In this document: piece by piece, positions 18,960 through 28,774 of the stretch | Position numbering within the stretch: the stretch's first letter is position 1 | How the letters are laid out: the number at the start of each line of letters is the position of its first letter | NCBI GenBank assembly: GCA_965228875.1 | Contig: OZ245843.1 | Coordinates: forward strand, 2,214,616-2,278,615 | Length of the DNA stretch: 64,000 nucleotides | Source of the DNA: Thalassobaculaceae bacterium | Lineage (GTDB): Bacteria > Pseudomonadota > Alphaproteobacteria > Thalassobaculales > Thalassobaculaceae | Reading direction: 5' to 3' | Notes under the pieces: model-generated | Told to the model about the DNA's origin: nothing | The model's database searches: none | Seen by the model: the letters and a program-made list of their open reading frames with translations, nothing else | Translations under genes and position numbers: made by a program

Positions 18960-19633
18960 GCACCACCGACACCGCTGCCGTCGCGATCCCCGACGGCTAC
19001 ATGCTGGACCCGAAAGGCCGGCTCGTTCCGGCCTCCATGGTCAAGGAACACGAGCAGCTTGAAGACGATGTCGTCCGCAAGGTGCTCGGCTACGCCGACG
19101 AGTTGTCTGCGCAGATCGGGCGGTTCAAAGGCCACACGTTCGACGACGTCGCCACCTTCCTGGATCTGCTGGCAGAGAAGTACGGGGCGCCCAAGCGCGG
19201 TGTCTCCGGCAAGGGCAACACCACATTGTCGACCTATGACGGCCAGGCGCGCATCCAAATCCAGGTGCAGGATCACCTCTCGTTCGGCCCTGGCCTGCAG
19301 ACGGCGAAGACGCTGATCGACGAGTGTCTGCGGGCCTGGTCGGCCGACGCCCGCCCCGAGCTGCGCGCCATCGTCACGGAGGCATTCCGTACCGACAAGG
19401 AGGGTCAGGTCAGCAGGGAGGCCCTGTTCTCGCTTCTGCGGATGGAGATCGAGGACGAGGGATGGCAGCGCGCGATGGCGGCTCTGCGAGACAGCATCCG
19501 GGTCGAAGGATCCAAGACTTACATCCGCCTGCAGCGGAAGGGTCCCGATGGCAAGTGGACCACGGTGTCGATCGATCTGGCATCCGCCGTCGTGCCCGAG
19601 GGCATGGCGGCCACCCACGTACCGGCCGCCTGA
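18956..19633 (+). CDS. DUF3164 family Mu-like phage protein
   Basis: GYMLDPKGRLVP, KGNTTLSTYDG, FGPGLQTAKTLIDEC, SKTYIR; AAGGAGG RBS with TTG start. Confidence 0.88.
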   Translation: MSTTDTAAVAIPDGYMLDPKGRLVPASMVKEHEQLEDDVVRKVLGYADELSAQIGRFKGHTFDDVATFLDLLAEKYGAPKRGVSGKGNTTLSTYDGQARIQIQVQDHLSFGPGLQTAKTLIDECLRAWSADARPELRAIVTEAFRTDKEGQVSREALFSLLRMEIEDEGWQRAMAALRDSIRVEGSKTYIRLQRKGPDGKWTTVSIDLASAVVPEGMAATHVPAA

Positions 19634-19643
19634 GGAGCCCGCC

Positions 19644-19925
19644 ATGGCCGCCGCCCTCGACGATGCGCTGCTCGGCCTCCAATGCGCCAAGCAGCGCGCC
19701 GTCAACGCGGCGGCCGGCAGTGGCCGCGTGCGGCAGATCGATCGCGACCTGACGGCGGCGGTGTCCGCCATCTCCCGCCAGCTCCAAGGCCGGATCCTGG
19801 TCGATCTGTCGGACGTGTATGCCCTTGTCGACCTGTTCGCGGAGGCCGGCGGCGATCTCGCCGAGCTGGCCCGGGCGGTCGACCAACGCCGTTTCATCGA
19901 CCGCCAGGAGAGGCAAGCGCCATGA
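19644..19925 (+). CDS. Phage hypothetical protein
   Basis: GAGGAG RBS, coupled to gemA. Confidence 0.55.
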   Translation: MAAALDDALLGLQCAKQRAVNAAAGSGRVRQIDRDLTAAVSAISRQLQGRILVDLSDVYALVDLFAEAGGDLAELARAVDQRRFIDRQERQAP

Positions 19926-20629
19926 GCCAGGCCACCGTCAAGACGCTCGCCCGCGACCCCAAGAAAGCGCGCTATGCACTGATCAACATCGCGCGCGGCC
20001 AACTCGGTTTGGACGAGGACACATACAGGGGCCTACTCCACTCCGTGACGGGCAAGTCCAGCCTGCGGATCATGTCACTGCGCGAGCTCGACCAGGTGAT
20101 CGACCGCATGAAGGCGGACGGCTTCCAGGCCTCGTCCAGGCCCAAAGCCCCGCACAGGCGTGCCGGCGCCCGGAACCTGGCCGATGATCCGCAAGCTCGG
20201 AAGATCCGCGCTCTCTGGATTTCTGGTTACCACCTCGGCGTGATCCGAGATCCGAGCGAGGCCGCACTGATCGCCTTCGCCAAGCGCCTGACCGGGGCCG
20301 ACGCGCTGCAGTGGACCGTGTCCGAGAGCGCGAACGATGTGATCGAGGCGCTGAAAGACATGCTGCACCGTGAAGCAAGGGTGAAATGGTCGATCTACGA
20401 GCGGGAGCAGGTCGTTTCCCGGCGCAGCCTGGAGCTGGTCTACGAGGATCGATACTGGATCGTCCGGGCGCAGTGCCAACTGCTGCGCGCCGCCGGCCGA
20501 GAGGTCGAGGGCCTCGATCCCGACACTTACCGACCGGGCGATGTCCTCGCCTGGGAGGATGGCAAGTGGCAACAGCTGATGGAGACCCTCGGCCGGGAGA
20601 TCCGGACCATGAGAGCGGGGGCAAGGTGA
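19922..20629 (+). CDS. gemA: GemA / Mu gp16 (DUF1018) protein
   Basis: LINIARGQLGLDEDTYR...TGKSS, KIRALW, SEAALIAF, VIEALK. Confidence 0.88.
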   Translation: MSQATVKTLARDPKKARYALINIARGQLGLDEDTYRGLLHSVTGKSSLRIMSLRELDQVIDRMKADGFQASSRPKAPHRRAGARNLADDPQARKIRALWISGYHLGVIRDPSEAALIAFAKRLTGADALQWTVSESANDVIEALKDMLHREARVKWSIYEREQVVSRRSLELVYEDRYWIVRAQCQLLRAAGREVEGLDPDTYRPGDVLAWEDGKWQQLMETLGREIRTMRAGAR

Positions 20630-20928
20630 TGAGGCGTCGCCACCTCGTCCGCCGACCGGCCGAGCAGTTGGGCACCGCGCGGCACCTGTTGTCGATCGTC
20701 AACCAGCACGAACTGCGCCGCGGCAGGGTGGTCGCCGTCGAAGTCGTCCAGGAGTTGCTGGCCCTCGCCGCCGACCGACAGCAAGCCGCGGCAGCGGTCC
20801 ATGCCGACGCCGCACGCCTGGTCGCGATGGCGGCCGAGATCAGGGCGGGAACTGTCGAACTGCCGGAGCCTCAGCCTCTTGAGGAGCTGGTGCGGGATCG
20901 CCGGCGGCGTTTCATGGAGACGAACTGA
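20629..20928 (+). CDS. Phage hypothetical protein
   Basis: TGATG coupling at both ends. Confidence 0.5.
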   Translation: MRRRHLVRRPAEQLGTARHLLSIVNQHELRRGRVVAVEVVQELLALAADRQQAAAAVHADAARLVAMAAEIRAGTVELPEPQPLEELVRDRRRRFMETN

Positions 20929-22085
20929 TGGCTGACGGCACCCGCATCGAATGGACCGACGCGACGTGGAACCCGATCACCGGGTGCAGTGTCGTCTCGC
21001 CTGGCTGCACCAACTGCTACGCGATGAAGCTGGCCGGAGGCCGGCAGCGCCACCACCCGAGCCGCAAGGGCCTGACCATGGCAACCAAGTCCGGGCCGGT
21101 GTGGAATGGTGAGGTCCGCTTCAACGAGGGCTGGCTGGACCAGCCGATCCGATGGACGCGGCCTCGGCGGATCTTCGTCTGCGCCCACGGCGACCTGTTT
21201 CACCCGGCGGTGCCGGACGTGTGGATCGACGCGGTCTTCGCCGTCATGGCGATGGCGCCCCAACATCAGTTCCAGGTGCTGACGAAGCGGCCGGAACGGA
21301 TGCGCAAGTATATCGGCGGTCGGCCCGCGCACCGATCTGACTCGGCCGAGCGCATCGGTTACCAGATCCTGAGCCGAATGGGCGAAGAGGGCGTCAGTTA
21401 TCCTGCCTATTGGTCCGTCACCGCGTCGGCCTTGATCCACGGCCCGACACCAAATATTGCAGCCGGCATCTTCCCACGACCGGATCTGTGGCCGCTCCCG
21501 AACGTCTGGCTCGGCGTGAGCGTCGAGGACCAGGCGCGCGTCGACGAGCGCATTCCGATCCTGCTCGACACCCCGGCCGCCGTTCGGTGGGTCAGCGCCG
21601 AACCACTGCTAGGCCCGGTTCGCATCGACGACATCGATGTGGATGGGCGCAACGGTACGAAGGGCTTCTATCAGATCAACGCGCTGACTGGCCGAAACAC
21701 GGACATGGCACGCCCTTGTGACGACGTACCCAGCCTCGACTGGGTGGTTGTCGGCGGTGAGAGCGGCCCCGCCGCGCGGCCGATGCACCCGGACTGGGCA
21801 CGCGCGCTTCGCGATCAGTGCCAGGCGGCCGGGGTCGCGTTCATGTTCAAGCAGTGGGGATCATGGCTCCCTTGGGAACCAGAGCATGGGCCTTGCTGGA
21901 AGGCGCAGAACGGCCGAGCAGAGGATCGTCACACCCTATTCCCGGCAGACTTGGACCAGGCCCCAAACTGGGACGACGGCCTATGGGCGCTCCCGCAAGA
22001 AACGCACTTCGCGTTCCAACGCGTTGGCAAGAAGACTGCCGGCCGCCGGCTCGACGGTGAGATTTGGGACGAATACCCGGCATGA
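20928..22085 (+). CDS. DUF5131 / phage Gp37-Gp68 family protein
   Basis: IEWTDATWNPITGC..VSPGCTNCYA, DLFH, LTKRP, NVWLGVSVE, WVVVGGESG, FKQWG. Confidence 0.92.
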   Translation: MADGTRIEWTDATWNPITGCSVVSPGCTNCYAMKLAGGRQRHHPSRKGLTMATKSGPVWNGEVRFNEGWLDQPIRWTRPRRIFVCAHGDLFHPAVPDVWIDAVFAVMAMAPQHQFQVLTKRPERMRKYIGGRPAHRSDSAERIGYQILSRMGEEGVSYPAYWSVTASALIHGPTPNIAAGIFPRPDLWPLPNVWLGVSVEDQARVDERIPILLDTPAAVRWVSAEPLLGPVRIDDIDVDGRNGTKGFYQINALTGRNTDMARPCDDVPSLDWVVVGGESGPAARPMHPDWARALRDQCQAAGVAFMFKQWGSWLPWEPEHGPCWKAQNGRAEDRHTLFPADLDQAPNWDDGLWALPQETHFAFQRVGKKTAGRRLDGEIWDEYPA

Positions 22086-22471
22086 CCGACGACCTCCGCA
22101 CCTGGCCCATAGGGTTGCGCAAGCTAGCCGAGGTGATCGGGCCGGCGGCGGCAGTGCGGTTGTCGGAGGTCTATGGCGGGACCGCTCTCTACGTTCACCG
22201 GCACATGGCCGTTGACAATCCGATCGTGCAGGTCATCGGCCTCGACAAGGCCGAACTGCTATCCAAAGCGCACGCCAAGGAAACGCTCGAGATCCCGCGT
22301 GGTACATACAGGGACCTGAAGAAGGTCCGCATCCTCGATGCCGATGGGTCATCCAGGCAAGTGGCTCTCGATAGCGGGTGCACCCAGCGATACGTCAACA
22401 AGGTGCGCGCGGAATGTCGCCCGGACCCGGACGCTCCTGGGCTCTTCGATCTGGATGGAGATAGTCGATGA
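22082..22471 (+). CDS. Mor/C-like late transcription activator
   Basis: LAEVIG..AAVRL...YGGTALYV, C-terminal HTH; last gene before lysis/morphogenesis. Confidence 0.75.
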   Translation: MTDDLRTWPIGLRKLAEVIGPAAAVRLSEVYGGTALYVHRHMAVDNPIVQVIGLDKAELLSKAHAKETLEIPRGTYRDLKKVRILDADGSSRQVALDSGCTQRYVNKVRAECRPDPDAPGLFDLDGDSR

Positions 22472-22605
22472 CCGCCTTGTCCCTCGTGGCTGGTCTCCTC
22501 TTCGCCGTCCTCACGATCGCGGCCGTCTGCAAGGCGATCGACCTCGGAATTGACTGCGCATTTAGGGCCGAGAAACGTCGCCGATCGCGCGGCCGGGGGC
22601 AGTAG
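22468..22605 (+). CDS. Small single-TM protein (45 aa)
   Basis: MTALSLVAGLLFAVLTIAAV hydrophobic stretch with basic tail; GGAG RBS; below ORF-track cutoff. Confidence 0.45.
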   Translation: MTALSLVAGLLFAVLTIAAVCKAIDLGIDCAFRAEKRRRSRGRGQ

Positions 22606-22619
22606 GCCGCTTCGTTCTC

Positions 22620-22634
22620 CTGGAACAGTTCCAG
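22620..22634. promoter_or_regulatory. Late-promoter palindrome 1 (upstream of lysin)
   Basis: CTGGAAC-A-GTTCCAG; second copy at 28416. Confidence 0.7.
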
Positions 22635-22672
22635 CCATGTTCTGAAACATCCACGGGCATACAACCGATCTC

Positions 22673-23236
22673 GTGTCGCGCGAGCGGAGTTGTCCCGTGT
22701 CCCAGATCAGCACCGATGAAATCGACAGCTTCAACGCCGGGATCGTCTACCCGACGTTAGAGGCCTTGGCCCTGCACCGGACGGACGGCCAGCTCCGCAG
22801 CGCGGCGCAGCTCGTGTTGGGCACCGTGATCCATGAGAGCGGCGGGCTGCGCCATCGCCGCCAGATCGGCGGCCCGGCGCTCGGCCTTCCGCAGATCGAA
22901 CCGGCGACGCTCCGGGACTGTTTCGCGAACTACCTGGACCACCGCCCGGAGCTGCGCGACCTGGTGATGGGGCTCGCCTGGCAGGGTCACCCGGGCGGGC
23001 TTGCGGAGCAACTCGTCGAGAACGACCGCTTTGCCGTGGCGATCGCGCGGATCGTCTATTGGCGCAGCGCACACAAGCTGCCCGATCAGGATGACCTGGC
23101 CGGCCACGCCGCCATGTGGAAGGCGGTCTACAACACCAAGGAGGGCAAGGGCACCGAAGAGAAATACGTCTCCGACGTCTGGCATCACGCGCGCTGGCTC
23201 TATCCGGGTCACGTCTGGGAGGGTTTCGGAGCGTGA
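22673..23236 (+). CDS. Putative endolysin (lysozyme-like fold)
   Basis: LGTVIHES...GPALGLPQIEPAT catalytic Glu/GxxQ pattern, WKAVYNT; first late gene. Confidence 0.65.
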   Translation: MSRERSCPVSQISTDEIDSFNAGIVYPTLEALALHRTDGQLRSAAQLVLGTVIHESGGLRHRRQIGGPALGLPQIEPATLRDCFANYLDHRPELRDLVMGLAWQGHPGGLAEQLVENDRFAVAIARIVYWRSAHKLPDQDDLAGHAAMWKAVYNTKEGKGTEEKYVSDVWHHARWLYPGHVWEGFGA

Positions 23237-23592
23237 CAACGGACTGGGCAATCGACGAGTGGCGGTTCCTACTGGACGTGTTGCAGATCCTGGCGATTGT
23301 AGCGCTCTGGACCTACACGGTCGTGACCAGGCGGTCGCAGGCCAACACCAAGATCCTGGAAGATCACGACGGGCGGCTCGATGACATCGAGAAGGATCTC
23401 GTGCAGATCCGTCAGCGCCTCGACGACGCCCCTTCCCATGACGACCTGCAGCGCATCCATGACCGGGTGTCGGACGTCAAGAACGGTGTCGCGGATCTGC
23501 AGGCGGGCGTATCCGGGCTGACGGCCTCGGTCGAGGCGATCACCCGCAACCTCACCCTGCTGAACAGTAACCTGGTGAGAGACAAGCAATGA
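23233..23592 (+). CDS. Membrane coiled-coil protein (DUF2730-like)
   Basis: N-terminal TM plus coiled coil; position before gp26/gp27. Confidence 0.65.
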   Translation: MTTDWAIDEWRFLLDVLQILAIVALWTYTVVTRRSQANTKILEDHDGRLDDIEKDLVQIRQRLDDAPSHDDLQRIHDRVSDVKNGVADLQAGVSGLTASVEAITRNLTLLNSNLVRDKQ

Positions 23593-23882
23593 GCGCGATC
23601 CTCGACGCCAACCGTCGCTTCTACATCCTCGAGCTGCTCGCCGAGGACGCCGGGTCCTGGATGTCGGCGCGGATCATCCAGCGCGCGCTGCCCGCCCTGA
23701 CGGTGGTGCACGACGCGCCGCTCGACACGATCACCCGCGATCTTCGCTGGCTCGCCCAGCGCGGCCTGGTCGACACCACCGTGGACCCGGCCGGCATGAA
23801 CGCGAAGCTGACGCAAATGGGCGAGGACACGCGCTCGGGTCGGATGACGGTCGAGGGGGTCGACCGCCCGCCGTTGGACTGA
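23589..23882 (+). CDS. Mu gp26-like winged-helix protein
   Basis: RRFYILELL, DLRWLAQRGLV, LTQMGED, VEGVDRP. Confidence 0.78.
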   Translation: MSAILDANRRFYILELLAEDAGSWMSARIIQRALPALTVVHDAPLDTITRDLRWLAQRGLVDTTVDPAGMNAKLTQMGEDTRSGRMTVEGVDRPPLD

Positions 23883-23890
23883 GGCTGGCG

Positions 23891-24490
23891 ATGGCCCGCA
23901 AGTCCACCATCACCACACTTCCGGACGAGATCCTCGACCAGGTCAACAAGCTGCTGCGCGAGGAAACCCCGCTCGACGAGATCGTCGACACGCTGAAAGA
24001 TCTCGGCTTCAAGCGCTCGCGCTCGGCCCTCGACCGCTACAACCAGCGCATCAAGTCGGTAGGCCAGCGGCTGCGGCAGAGCCGGGAGATGGCGAACGCG
24101 CTGGCCGAGAACCTTGGCGACGCCGCCGTGCAGGGCAAGCAAGGCCGCATGCTGGTCGAGATGGCCCGCACCCTCGCGTTCGATCTCATGGTGAAGATCG
24201 ACCAGATGCAGGAGCGCGCCGATCGAGACGCCTATGAGGACGGCAGCGGGATCGCCACGCCGCTGATCGACAGCAAGGACGTCCAGCAGCTCGGCAAGGG
24301 CCTCGCCGAGCTGGGCCGGGCGCTGCGCTACGACCAGGACTTCGAGACCAAGCTCCGCGACACGATCCGCGAGGAAGAGCGCGAGAAGGCCGCGGCCGAG
24401 GTCGAGGCCGTGGCGAAGAAGGGCGGCATCAGCGACAAGGCCCTGGCGCAGATCCGCGAGACCCTCGGGATCGAGCCGGCCGATGGGTAA
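23891..24490 (+). CDS. Terminase small subunit (Mu gp27/DUF3486)
   Basis: MARKSTITTLP, SRSALDRY; precedes large terminase. Confidence 0.85.
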   Translation: MARKSTITTLPDEILDQVNKLLREETPLDEIVDTLKDLGFKRSRSALDRYNQRIKSVGQRLRQSREMANALAENLGDAAVQGKQGRMLVEMARTLAFDLMVKIDQMQERADRDAYEDGSGIATPLIDSKDVQQLGKGLAELGRALRYDQDFETKLRDTIREEEREKAAAEVEAVAKKGGISDKALAQIRETLGIEPADG

Positions 24491-25910
24491 GGTGCCAAAG
24501 GGTAAAGGGATCGACCTCTTCCTGCCCTACCAGGTCGCCTGGCTGAACGACCGCAGCCGCTTCAAGATCTGGGAGAAGAGCCGGCGGATCGGCGCGACCT
24601 TCGTGCAGGCCTATGAGGACGTCGAGGACGCGGCCCGCCAGACCGGCGGGATGGATGTCTGGTTCTCCTCGGCCGACGAGAGTGCGGCCAAGGAGTACAT
24701 CCGCTACTGCGCCATGTGGGCCGAGGTTCTCAACATCGCGGCCGAGGATCTCGGCGAGGTGGTGCTCGAGAACGATAAAGACATCAAGGCCCGCGTCGTC
24801 GAGTTCGCCAACGGCAAGCGCATCCACGGCCTCAGCTCAAACCCGAAGGCGTTCCGCTCCAAGGGCGGCAAGTTGGTGCTCGATGAGTTCGCCTTCCACC
24901 CCGACGCCGACACGCTCTGGAAGGCGGCCGCACCCGTCGCTTCCCACGGCTACCCGGTGCGGGTGCTGTCGACCTACAACGGCAAGGGCAACCGCTATTA
25001 CCGGATGGTCTCCGACGCCAAGAAAAAGGGGGCGGAAGGCAACTGGACCCTGCACACCACGACGATCGAGACGGCCGTTGCACAGGGGCTCGCCGCCCGG
25101 GTGGCCGGCCATCCCCCCACACCCGAGGGCAACGCCGCGTTCCTCGCCGAGTGCGTGGATCTCGCCGGCGACGACGAGACCTACCAACAGGAGTACATGT
25201 GCGAGCCGGTCGACGAGGCGACCGCCTGGCTCACCTGGGATCTGATCACCGCCAACGAGCACCCCGACGCGGGCAAGCCGGACAAGTACCAGGGCGGCAC
25301 CTGCTATGCCGGCATGGACATCGCGCGACGCCGCCACCTCACCGTCCTGTGGGTGATCGAGAAGGTCGGCGACGTGTTCTGGACGCGGGAAGTCTCGACC
25401 CTGAAGAACGCCAAGTTCGCCGAGCAGGACGCCGAGCAGGATCGCCTGGACAGCGCCTACAAGATCGCTCGCTGGTGCATGGACCAGGGCGGCATGGGCG
25501 AGAAGCCTGTCGAGGACGCGAAGAAGCGATACGGCGACCATCGGGTCGAGGGGGTGATCTTCTCGGGTTCGGTCAAGCAGCACCTGGCGACCGAGGGCAA
25601 GCGGGTGCTCGAGGACAAGCGCGCCCGCATGCCCCAGGACCGCGCCATCCGCGCCTCGCATCACGCCGTGCGCAAGGTCACGACGGCGGCCGGCAATCCT
25701 CGCTTCGACGCCGACGCCAACGAGGCAGGCCACGCCGACGAGTTCTGGGCGCACATGCTGGCACTGCACGCGGCCGAGGATGTCGGCCAGGCGCCGGCCG
25801 GCGACACCGTCACCGACACCGAGGACGGCGAGGACCCTTACGCGCCGCAGGCCAAACGCGGGCTCGCGGGTGTGCGGCGTCCGTCCGGTCGGATCGCTTG
25901 GAGGCACTGA
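24483..25910 (+). CDS. Terminase large subunit (Mu gp28-like)
   Basis: LPYQ, EKSRRIGAT, LVLDEFAFH, STYNG, GMDIAR, GHADEFWA. Confidence 0.93.
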   Translation: MGKVPKGKGIDLFLPYQVAWLNDRSRFKIWEKSRRIGATFVQAYEDVEDAARQTGGMDVWFSSADESAAKEYIRYCAMWAEVLNIAAEDLGEVVLENDKDIKARVVEFANGKRIHGLSSNPKAFRSKGGKLVLDEFAFHPDADTLWKAAAPVASHGYPVRVLSTYNGKGNRYYRMVSDAKKKGAEGNWTLHTTTIETAVAQGLAARVAGHPPTPEGNAAFLAECVDLAGDDETYQQEYMCEPVDEATAWLTWDLITANEHPDAGKPDKYQGGTCYAGMDIARRRHLTVLWVIEKVGDVFWTREVSTLKNAKFAEQDAEQDRLDSAYKIARWCMDQGGMGEKPVEDAKKRYGDHRVEGVIFSGSVKQHLATEGKRVLEDKRARMPQDRAIRASHHAVRKVTTAAGNPRFDADANEAGHADEFWAHMLALHAAEDVGQAPAGDTVTDTEDGEDPYAPQAKRGLAGVRRPSGRIAWRH

Positions 25911-27334
25911 TGTGGAACTGGATCAAAGCCCAGCTGGCGGGTGATGGTGACGCCGTGCAGATCCGCGAGGCAGCGGGCCAGACGGTGGATCTCGACGAGC
26001 CGGGTTTCCGCCGGCTGACCGGTGACAGCAACCGGGATCTGTCGCCGCTAACGATCAAGCGCCAGCAGGATCTCGCGGTCTACCTCTGGCAAACCAATCT
26101 CATCGCGCGCCGTCTCATCGAGCTGCCGATCTCCTACCTTCTGGCCGAGGGCGTGAGCGTCAAGGTCGACGACGAGGAAGCACAGGCCTGGGTCGATGCG
26201 TTCTGGCGGGACCCGATCAACCGCATGGACATCAAGCTCGAGAAGAAGGTCCGCGAGCTGGCGCTCTATGGCGAGCAATTCTATCCGGCCTTCGTCAACG
26301 AGGTGAACGGGCATGTCCGGCTCGGCTATCTCGATCCCGGCATCATCGAGACGATCGTTCTCGATCCGGACAACGTCGAGCAGCCGATCGGCGTGGTCAC
26401 CACGAAGGACAGGAAGGGCGTTGCGAGGCGCTTCAAGGTGATCGTAAACGGCCCTGAAGACGTCTTCACGAAGCGCACCCAGGAGATCCGCCAGACCTTC
26501 ACCGACGGCGAGTGCTTCTATTTCCAGATCAACGCGCTCTCCAACCAGGCGCGCGGCACCTCCGACATGCTCGGCCAGATGGACTGGCTCGACGCGTACG
26601 ACAGCGCGCTGTTCGGTGAGCTGGACCGCTGGCAGTTCATGCGCGCCTTCGTCTACGACGTGACCCTGAAGAACGCCACGCCGGAGGAGGTCAAGCAGCG
26701 GGCGAAAGAGATCAAGGTCCCGGCCCCCGGCTCCGTGCGCGTCCATAACGACGCCGAGGAATGGGACACCGTGGCGCCGGATCTCGGATCCTACGAGAGC
26801 GCCAACAGCGCCCGGCTGTTCCGCAATCACATCATCGGCGGGGCCACCATCCCCGAGCACTGGTTTGGCGGCGGCGGCGACGTGAACCGCGCGACGGCAT
26901 CGGAGATGGGCGAGCCGACGTTCAAGGTCTTCTCCATGCGCCAGGCCACCATCGGCTACATGCTCGAGGAGATCGCGACCTATGTGATCCGCCAGCGCCT
27001 GCAGGTAATGCTGGGCGCCACGCCGGAGCAGTACGGCAACGCCGCCGACTTCGTGCCGCGCTGCGAGTGGCCGGAGATGACGATCCGCGACACCACGGCC
27101 TACGCGTCGGCCCTTCAGCAGGTGGTGATCGGGTGCGGCGTCGCCATCGACCGGGGGCTGCTGAGTGAAGAGACGGCGATCGCCATCATTGCCCAGGTGG
27201 CCGGCCGCCTCGGTATCGAGATCGATCCGGACGAGGAGCTGAAGACCGCACGCCTGGAGGCCTCAAAGCGCCAGGAGGGCGACACCTTCCCCGACTATCC
27301 GGACGACCCGCCGGAGGAGGACGCGGCGGCATGA
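25910..27334 (+). CDS. Portal protein
   Basis: 474 aa between terminase and minor head gene; LALYGE, RGTSD, IPEHWFG, NRATA portal-like motifs. Confidence 0.78.
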   Translation: MWNWIKAQLAGDGDAVQIREAAGQTVDLDEPGFRRLTGDSNRDLSPLTIKRQQDLAVYLWQTNLIARRLIELPISYLLAEGVSVKVDDEEAQAWVDAFWRDPINRMDIKLEKKVRELALYGEQFYPAFVNEVNGHVRLGYLDPGIIETIVLDPDNVEQPIGVVTTKDRKGVARRFKVIVNGPEDVFTKRTQEIRQTFTDGECFYFQINALSNQARGTSDMLGQMDWLDAYDSALFGELDRWQFMRAFVYDVTLKNATPEEVKQRAKEIKVPAPGSVRVHNDAEEWDTVAPDLGSYESANSARLFRNHIIGGATIPEHWFGGGGDVNRATASEMGEPTFKVFSMRQATIGYMLEEIATYVIRQRLQVMLGATPEQYGNAADFVPRCEWPEMTIRDTTAYASALQQVVIGCGVAIDRGLLSEETAIAIIAQVAGRLGIEIDPDEELKTARLEASKRQEGDTFPDYPDDPPEEDAAA

Positions 27335-28224
27335 CGCCCAAGGAACGCAACGCCGCCTTCAAGCTGGTGCGCAAGGCCAAGCTCGCCGAGCTGGTCGAGC
27401 TGCACCGGGCGGCGGCCAGCGACACCCAGCTGCTGCTGGCCCGCGCGCTCGAGGAGATCAAAGCGGAGATCGGCCGCACCACGTCGGACTTCCAGGCATG
27501 GCAGCTGCCGCAGATCCGCCGATCGATCGAGCGCAACCTCGCGGAGATCTCCGAGGAACTGGCGCGAACCGCGAGCACGGGGGCGGGTCAGGCCTGGCAG
27601 CTCGGCACCGCGATCGTCGACGAGCCGCTTGAAGCCGGCGGCATCCGCATCGCCGGGCTGATGCCGGACATCGACACCCGCCAGCTGCTGGCCATGCGGA
27701 CCTTCCTCACGGACAAGATCGCCGGCGTCACCAAGAACGCCGCCGGTGCCGCGGCCGATCAGATCGGCCTCACGATGATCGGCGCACAGACGCCAAGCCA
27801 GGCGATCGACGCGATCGCCGCGACGCTCGACAGCGGACGCGGCCGAGCGATCACCGTGCTGCGCACCGAGATGGGCCGCGCCTTCTCCGTCGCCGCCCAG
27901 GAGCGCAAGGTCGATGCCGCCACCGTGCTGCCCGGCATGCGCAAGCAGTGGCGGCGATCGGGCAAGGTCCATAGCCGCCAGGCCCATGACCTGGCCGACG
28001 GTCAGATCGTCGAGGTCGATAAGCCGTTCCTCGTGAACGGGGTCGAGCTGATGTTCCCGCGCGACCCCTCGGCGCCGGCGGCCGAGACCATCAACTGCGG
28101 GTGCGTGTCGCTCCCTTACATGGAGCATTGGAACGTCCAGCAGCAGGGCCGCCGGGCCTTCACGGATGACGAGCTGGCGCGCAGCCGCGTCAAGCGGGAT
28201 CTCGATACCGCTCTCGCCACCTGA
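27331..28224 (+). CDS. Minor head morphogenesis protein (Mu gpF/SPP1 gp7)
   Basis: LRTEMGRA, KQWRRS, R..H..ADGQ, FPRDP, INCGC. Confidence 0.85.
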   Translation: MTPKERNAAFKLVRKAKLAELVELHRAAASDTQLLLARALEEIKAEIGRTTSDFQAWQLPQIRRSIERNLAEISEELARTASTGAGQAWQLGTAIVDEPLEAGGIRIAGLMPDIDTRQLLAMRTFLTDKIAGVTKNAAGAAADQIGLTMIGAQTPSQAIDAIAATLDSGRGRAITVLRTEMGRAFSVAAQERKVDAATVLPGMRKQWRRSGKVHSRQAHDLADGQIVEVDKPFLVNGVELMFPRDPSAPAAETINCGCVSLPYMEHWNVQQQGRRAFTDDELARSRVKRDLDTALAT

Positions 28225-28414
28225 TCCCCTAAACCGGCAAATCCCCCTCAGAAGCCCACAGACGGGCAAGGCCGCCTCGGGCGCCCCGTTCTACCGGGTG
28301 ACGCCCTCATGGCTGTTCGTGCCTGTTCAGAGCGCCGTCGAACAGCCTTGTGCTCGCGCCCAATCCTGTCGATCGGCGCCCGCCGCCCGCTGACGGGGTG
28401 GAAACCGGGGAATG

Positions 28415-28431
28415 GCTGGAACTGTTCCAGC
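28415..28431. promoter_or_regulatory. Late-promoter palindrome 2 (upstream of head genes)
   Basis: GCTGGAAC-T-GTTCCAGC in intergenic DNA. Confidence 0.7.
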
Positions 28432-28519
28432 TACATCGCGCGCCGCGAAACCTGCCAGAACCGAAGCCATCGGATCACAGACGAGCCGCTCGTTGCAACC
28501 GCCTTCCGGAGACCAGCCG

Positions 28520-28774
28520 ATGGCCACGCAGACCGTACCCGAGAAGACCGAGACCGCCGCGGAGGCCCCCGCCTCGGCGCTGCCCGACAACGCCGCCGTC
28601 GCCAAGGCCCTCAATGTCGAGAAGGTGAAGGTCCGCGACACCCGCAAGGAAGGCAAGGCCATCGTGCCGACCGAGCGCGCGGTGAAGGCGGAGGACGTGC
28701 TCGCCGTCGCCAGGCGCGGCGGCGTCCTGCGCGCCACCCTGACCGATGGCCGCAAGCACGAGGTCAAACTGTGA
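28520..28774 (+). CDS. Small phage head-region protein
   Basis: GGAG RBS, GTGA overlap with polyprotein gene. Confidence 0.65.
   Translation: MATQTVPEKTETAAEAPASALPDNAAVAKALNVEKVKVRDTRKEGKAIVPTERAVKAEDVLAVARRGGVLRATLTDGRKHEVKL

Noticed and set aside
25151..27334. 727-aa portal ORF, and likewise the 932-aa capsid ORF from 28309
   Set aside because: Upstream extensions overlap the terminase or the promoter region and small gene; coupled starts at 25910 and 28771 fit better
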